Shown: positions 61,608 to 64,000 of the stretch, in pieces
Position numbering within the stretch: the stretch's first letter is position 1
Layout of the letters: each line of letters starts with the position of its first letter
NCBI GenBank assembly: GCA_049840735.1
Contig: JASGJN010000020.1
Coordinates: forward strand, 448,001 to 512,000
Length of the DNA stretch: 64,000 bases
DNA from: Anaeromyxobacter sp.
GTDB lineage: Bacteria > Myxococcota > Myxococcia > Myxococcales > Anaeromyxobacteraceae
Reading direction: 5' to 3'
Translations under genes and position numbers: made by a program
Notes under the pieces: generated by a model
Database searches by the model: none
What the model saw: the letters and a program-made list of their open reading frames with translations, nothing else
What the model was told of the DNA's origin: nothing

Positions 61608-64000
61608 CTAGTCCGCGGTCCAGTACACGTCGTCGAAGCTGATGGTGGCCGGGCCGTCGCCGGCGATCATGAGCAGGAGCGACACGGCGCCGAGGTCGGA
61701 GTTGGGGAAGTCCGACGCCGGGATGGAGAGCTCGTGGTACTGGCCGTCGCGCACGAACCCGTAGGGATCGGCGCCGGCCTTGAACTTGATCCACGACTCG
61801 CGCACCGCCATGCCGCCCGGGCTCTTGAGGCCGAGCTTGAAGTCGGTGCCGGTCGAGGCGGGGACCTTGAGCGAGATGTGCAGGTGGCCGTGCGCGAAGG
61901 CGCCGAGATCGTACAGCCTCGCGGGCGCGAAGCCGAGGCCGTACCACTGCGGGGCCGCCGCCGTGAGGGTGAAGCCGTTCGCGCCCTCCGAGGGCGGGCC
62001 CGCGGTGAGCGCGCCGTTGGCCGGGTTCCAGATGAAGATCGACCCGTCGCCGGTGGAGTCGAAGGAGCCCGCGTCGCAGGAGCGCTCGGTGGAGACGCCG
62101 AACCTCGTGCCCACCGGCCGGGTCAGGTTCTCGGGCGCGTTCTCGCTCCAGGAGATCTCGTCGAACTCGAACACCGCGCCGGGGGTGACGGCGTTCGCCC
62201 CCGCCACCATGAAGTACTGGCGGATGTCGGTGAAGTCCGCGCTCCCGAACCGGGTCATGGGGATGGACAGCTGGTGCCACTGGCCGTCGCGGGGGAAGGC
62301 GTAGTCCTGCTTGAGCTCGACCCAGCTGTCCCCGTCGTTGCCGCCGTTGATCCCGACCTTGAGATCGTCGGCCGCGGTGGTCTTGATCGAGAAGCTGAGG
62401 TAGCCGGCGGCGTAGTTGAGCAGGTTGCGGCGCCGGGTGGTCGCGTAGCCGAAGCCGAGCCAGGAGCCGTCCGTGGTCTTCACCGCCACGCTGGTCGCCC
62501 CCGCCTGAGGGGTGCCCGTCACCTGGGTCAGGTTGTTCCACAGGTAGAGGGCCATGTCGGCCGCCGGGTCGAGCTGGCTGCCGCAGGTGGCGCCGTCGGC
62601 CAGGACGCAGAGCCGCCCGTGCGGCTGGGCGGCGACCTTGTCCTCCACGCTGGAGGCGGCGGTCGCGTAGACGCGCACGTAGTCGACCACCAGCTGCTGG
62701 GGCATCGGGCCGTTGGCCTCGTCCGCGGAGTGCATCCCGAAGTCTGGCGCGCCCACCGCCAGGTTGAGGATCATGTAGTAGCTGAAGTCCTTCAGCTCCG
62801 CCTTCTGCGGGTCGGTGAGGTCCAGCGTCCAGTAGACGTTGCCGTCGATCTCTGCCTCGCAGCGCCTGCTCGTCCCACTCCAGCTCGTACACGTGGAAGT
62901 CCGCCGACAGCTTCTCCGGGTGCGTGTAGGTGACGCCGTCCTTCACGCGGCCCTGGACCGCGTCGTCCCACCAGTGGGCGGTCGAGAAGACCGCGTCGTC
63001 GCCGGTGCCCATGGCGCCGCAGAACATCTCGGCGATGTCGATCTCACCGCTCTTCGGCCAGCTCTCCATCCGGTCGCCCAGCAGCCAGAAGGCGGGCCAC
63101 ATCCGGTTGCCCTCGGGCATCTTGATGCGGGCCACGAACCGGCCCTGGTGGAAGCTGAACTTGCCGCGGGTCACCAGGCGCGCGGAGGTGAAGGGCTGGC
63201 CGCCCCAGGCCTGCCGGCGGGCGGTGATGACCAGCTTGCCGTCCACGATGGCGGCGTTGTCAGGCGAGGAGGTGTAGTACTCCATCTCGCCGTTGCCCCA
63301 GCCGTAGAGCGGGCCCGGGTTGGTGGGGCCGTTGCCGAGATCGAAGGCCCACTTCCCGGTGTCGATGGCGGGCCCGTCGAACTCGTCCCCCCAGACCACC
63401 CCGGCCGGCGCGCTGCTCACCGCCAGGACGGCGGGCTGGGAGGTCACGCTGCCGGCCGCGTTCCGGACCACCACGGTGTAGCTGCCTGCGTCGCTCGCCT
63501 GGACCGTGGGGAGCTCCAGCGTGGCCGCGTCCGTCCCGACCTCGGCCGCGCCACGCCGCCACTGGTAGTGGAGCGGGGCCGTCCCCGCGGCGACCACCGT
63601 GAAGCGCGCCGTCTGGCCCGCCGCCACCGTCACGCTGGCGGGCTGGGTGGTGATGGTCGGGGCGCTGGGCTGCGGGTCTTCGCCCACGGTCAGGGTGGCG
63701 GGCTGGCTGGACACCACGCCGGCCGCGTTCTGGACGATGACGACGTAGGTCCCCGCATCGCTCGCCTGGGCCGAGGCGATGGTCAGGGTGGCCGCGTCCG
63801 CGCCCACGTCGGTCGAGCCCAGCCGCCACTGGTAGTGAAGCGGGGCCGTCCCGGTCGCCACCACGCCGAAGGACACCGGCTGGCCGGCCGCGACCGTCTG
63901 CGAGGAAGGCTGGCTCGTGATCTGCGGGGCGACCGCCCCCGCCGGCTGCTCCGTGCCCCCCTTCCCACAGGCCAGGGCCAGGCCGACCGCGGCGAGGAGC
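61608..64000 (-). CDS. GH16 (laminarinase-type) lipoprotein: two Ig-like domains, GH16, two CBM-like domains (start just beyond the window; apparent frameshift near 62852)
   Basis: LALAC lipobox at the window edge; ITxQP...YQW...DAGxY twice; WGDEFDG, WPAFW, GEIDIAE (ExDxxE), FHVY, ILNLAVG; twin DGQW/YH-LSIP modules. Confidence 0.88.

Noticed and set aside
60176..61611. ORFs crossing the VNTRs (RDD, MTG, HPG, SRS repeat proteins)
   Set aside because: They stay open only because the repeats lack stops; no Shine-Dalgarno or codon bias, and they overlap terminators
5968..62853. Ten frameshifts as programmed frameshifting or widespread pseudogenisation
   Set aside because: No slippery heptamers; the genes are otherwise intact; clustering at GATC favours sequencing error (11950 and 48258 remain unexplained)

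Overview
Very GC-rich bacterial DNA with a gene content typical of Myxococcota (Anaeromyxobacter-like; inferred). In order, the window holds: a plant/fungal-type two-chain urease operon (ureD-ureAB-ureC-ureF-ureG, no ureE seen); sensor kinases and FixJ-type regulators; a block of uncharacterised envelope genes (DUF4136 lipoproteins, beta-barrels, a POTRA-less Omp85-like protein, a DUF4344 peptidase, OmpA/MotB, DUF3943); alpha-glucan enzymes (GH13, GH63-like, MalZ); a DUF2339/DUF3999 pair; hemerythrin and a ribose-type ABC transporter that share a LacI-type operator; an orphan T6SS-type spike/toxin cassette (DUF6484, TIGR02270, DUF4150 PAAR-like, AHH nuclease, Imm11) facing Imm49 and a PRK06147-like gene; and a beta-1,3-glucan locus with a ROK-type operator (ABC ATPase, GH149-like phosphorylase, GH1, a clan GH-A hydrolase fused to a predicted outer-membrane barrel, and a convergent GH16 lipoprotein). 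A 1.25 kb intergenic region near the end carries two VNTRs, a long nested hairpin and a REP-like palindrome. Ten genes have apparent frameshifts, eight of them at or beside GATC or corrupted GATC, which points to methylation-linked long-read errors rather than pseudogenes. No rRNA, tRNA, CRISPR array or transposase was recognised. All family assignments come from motif recognition by eye, not database searches.
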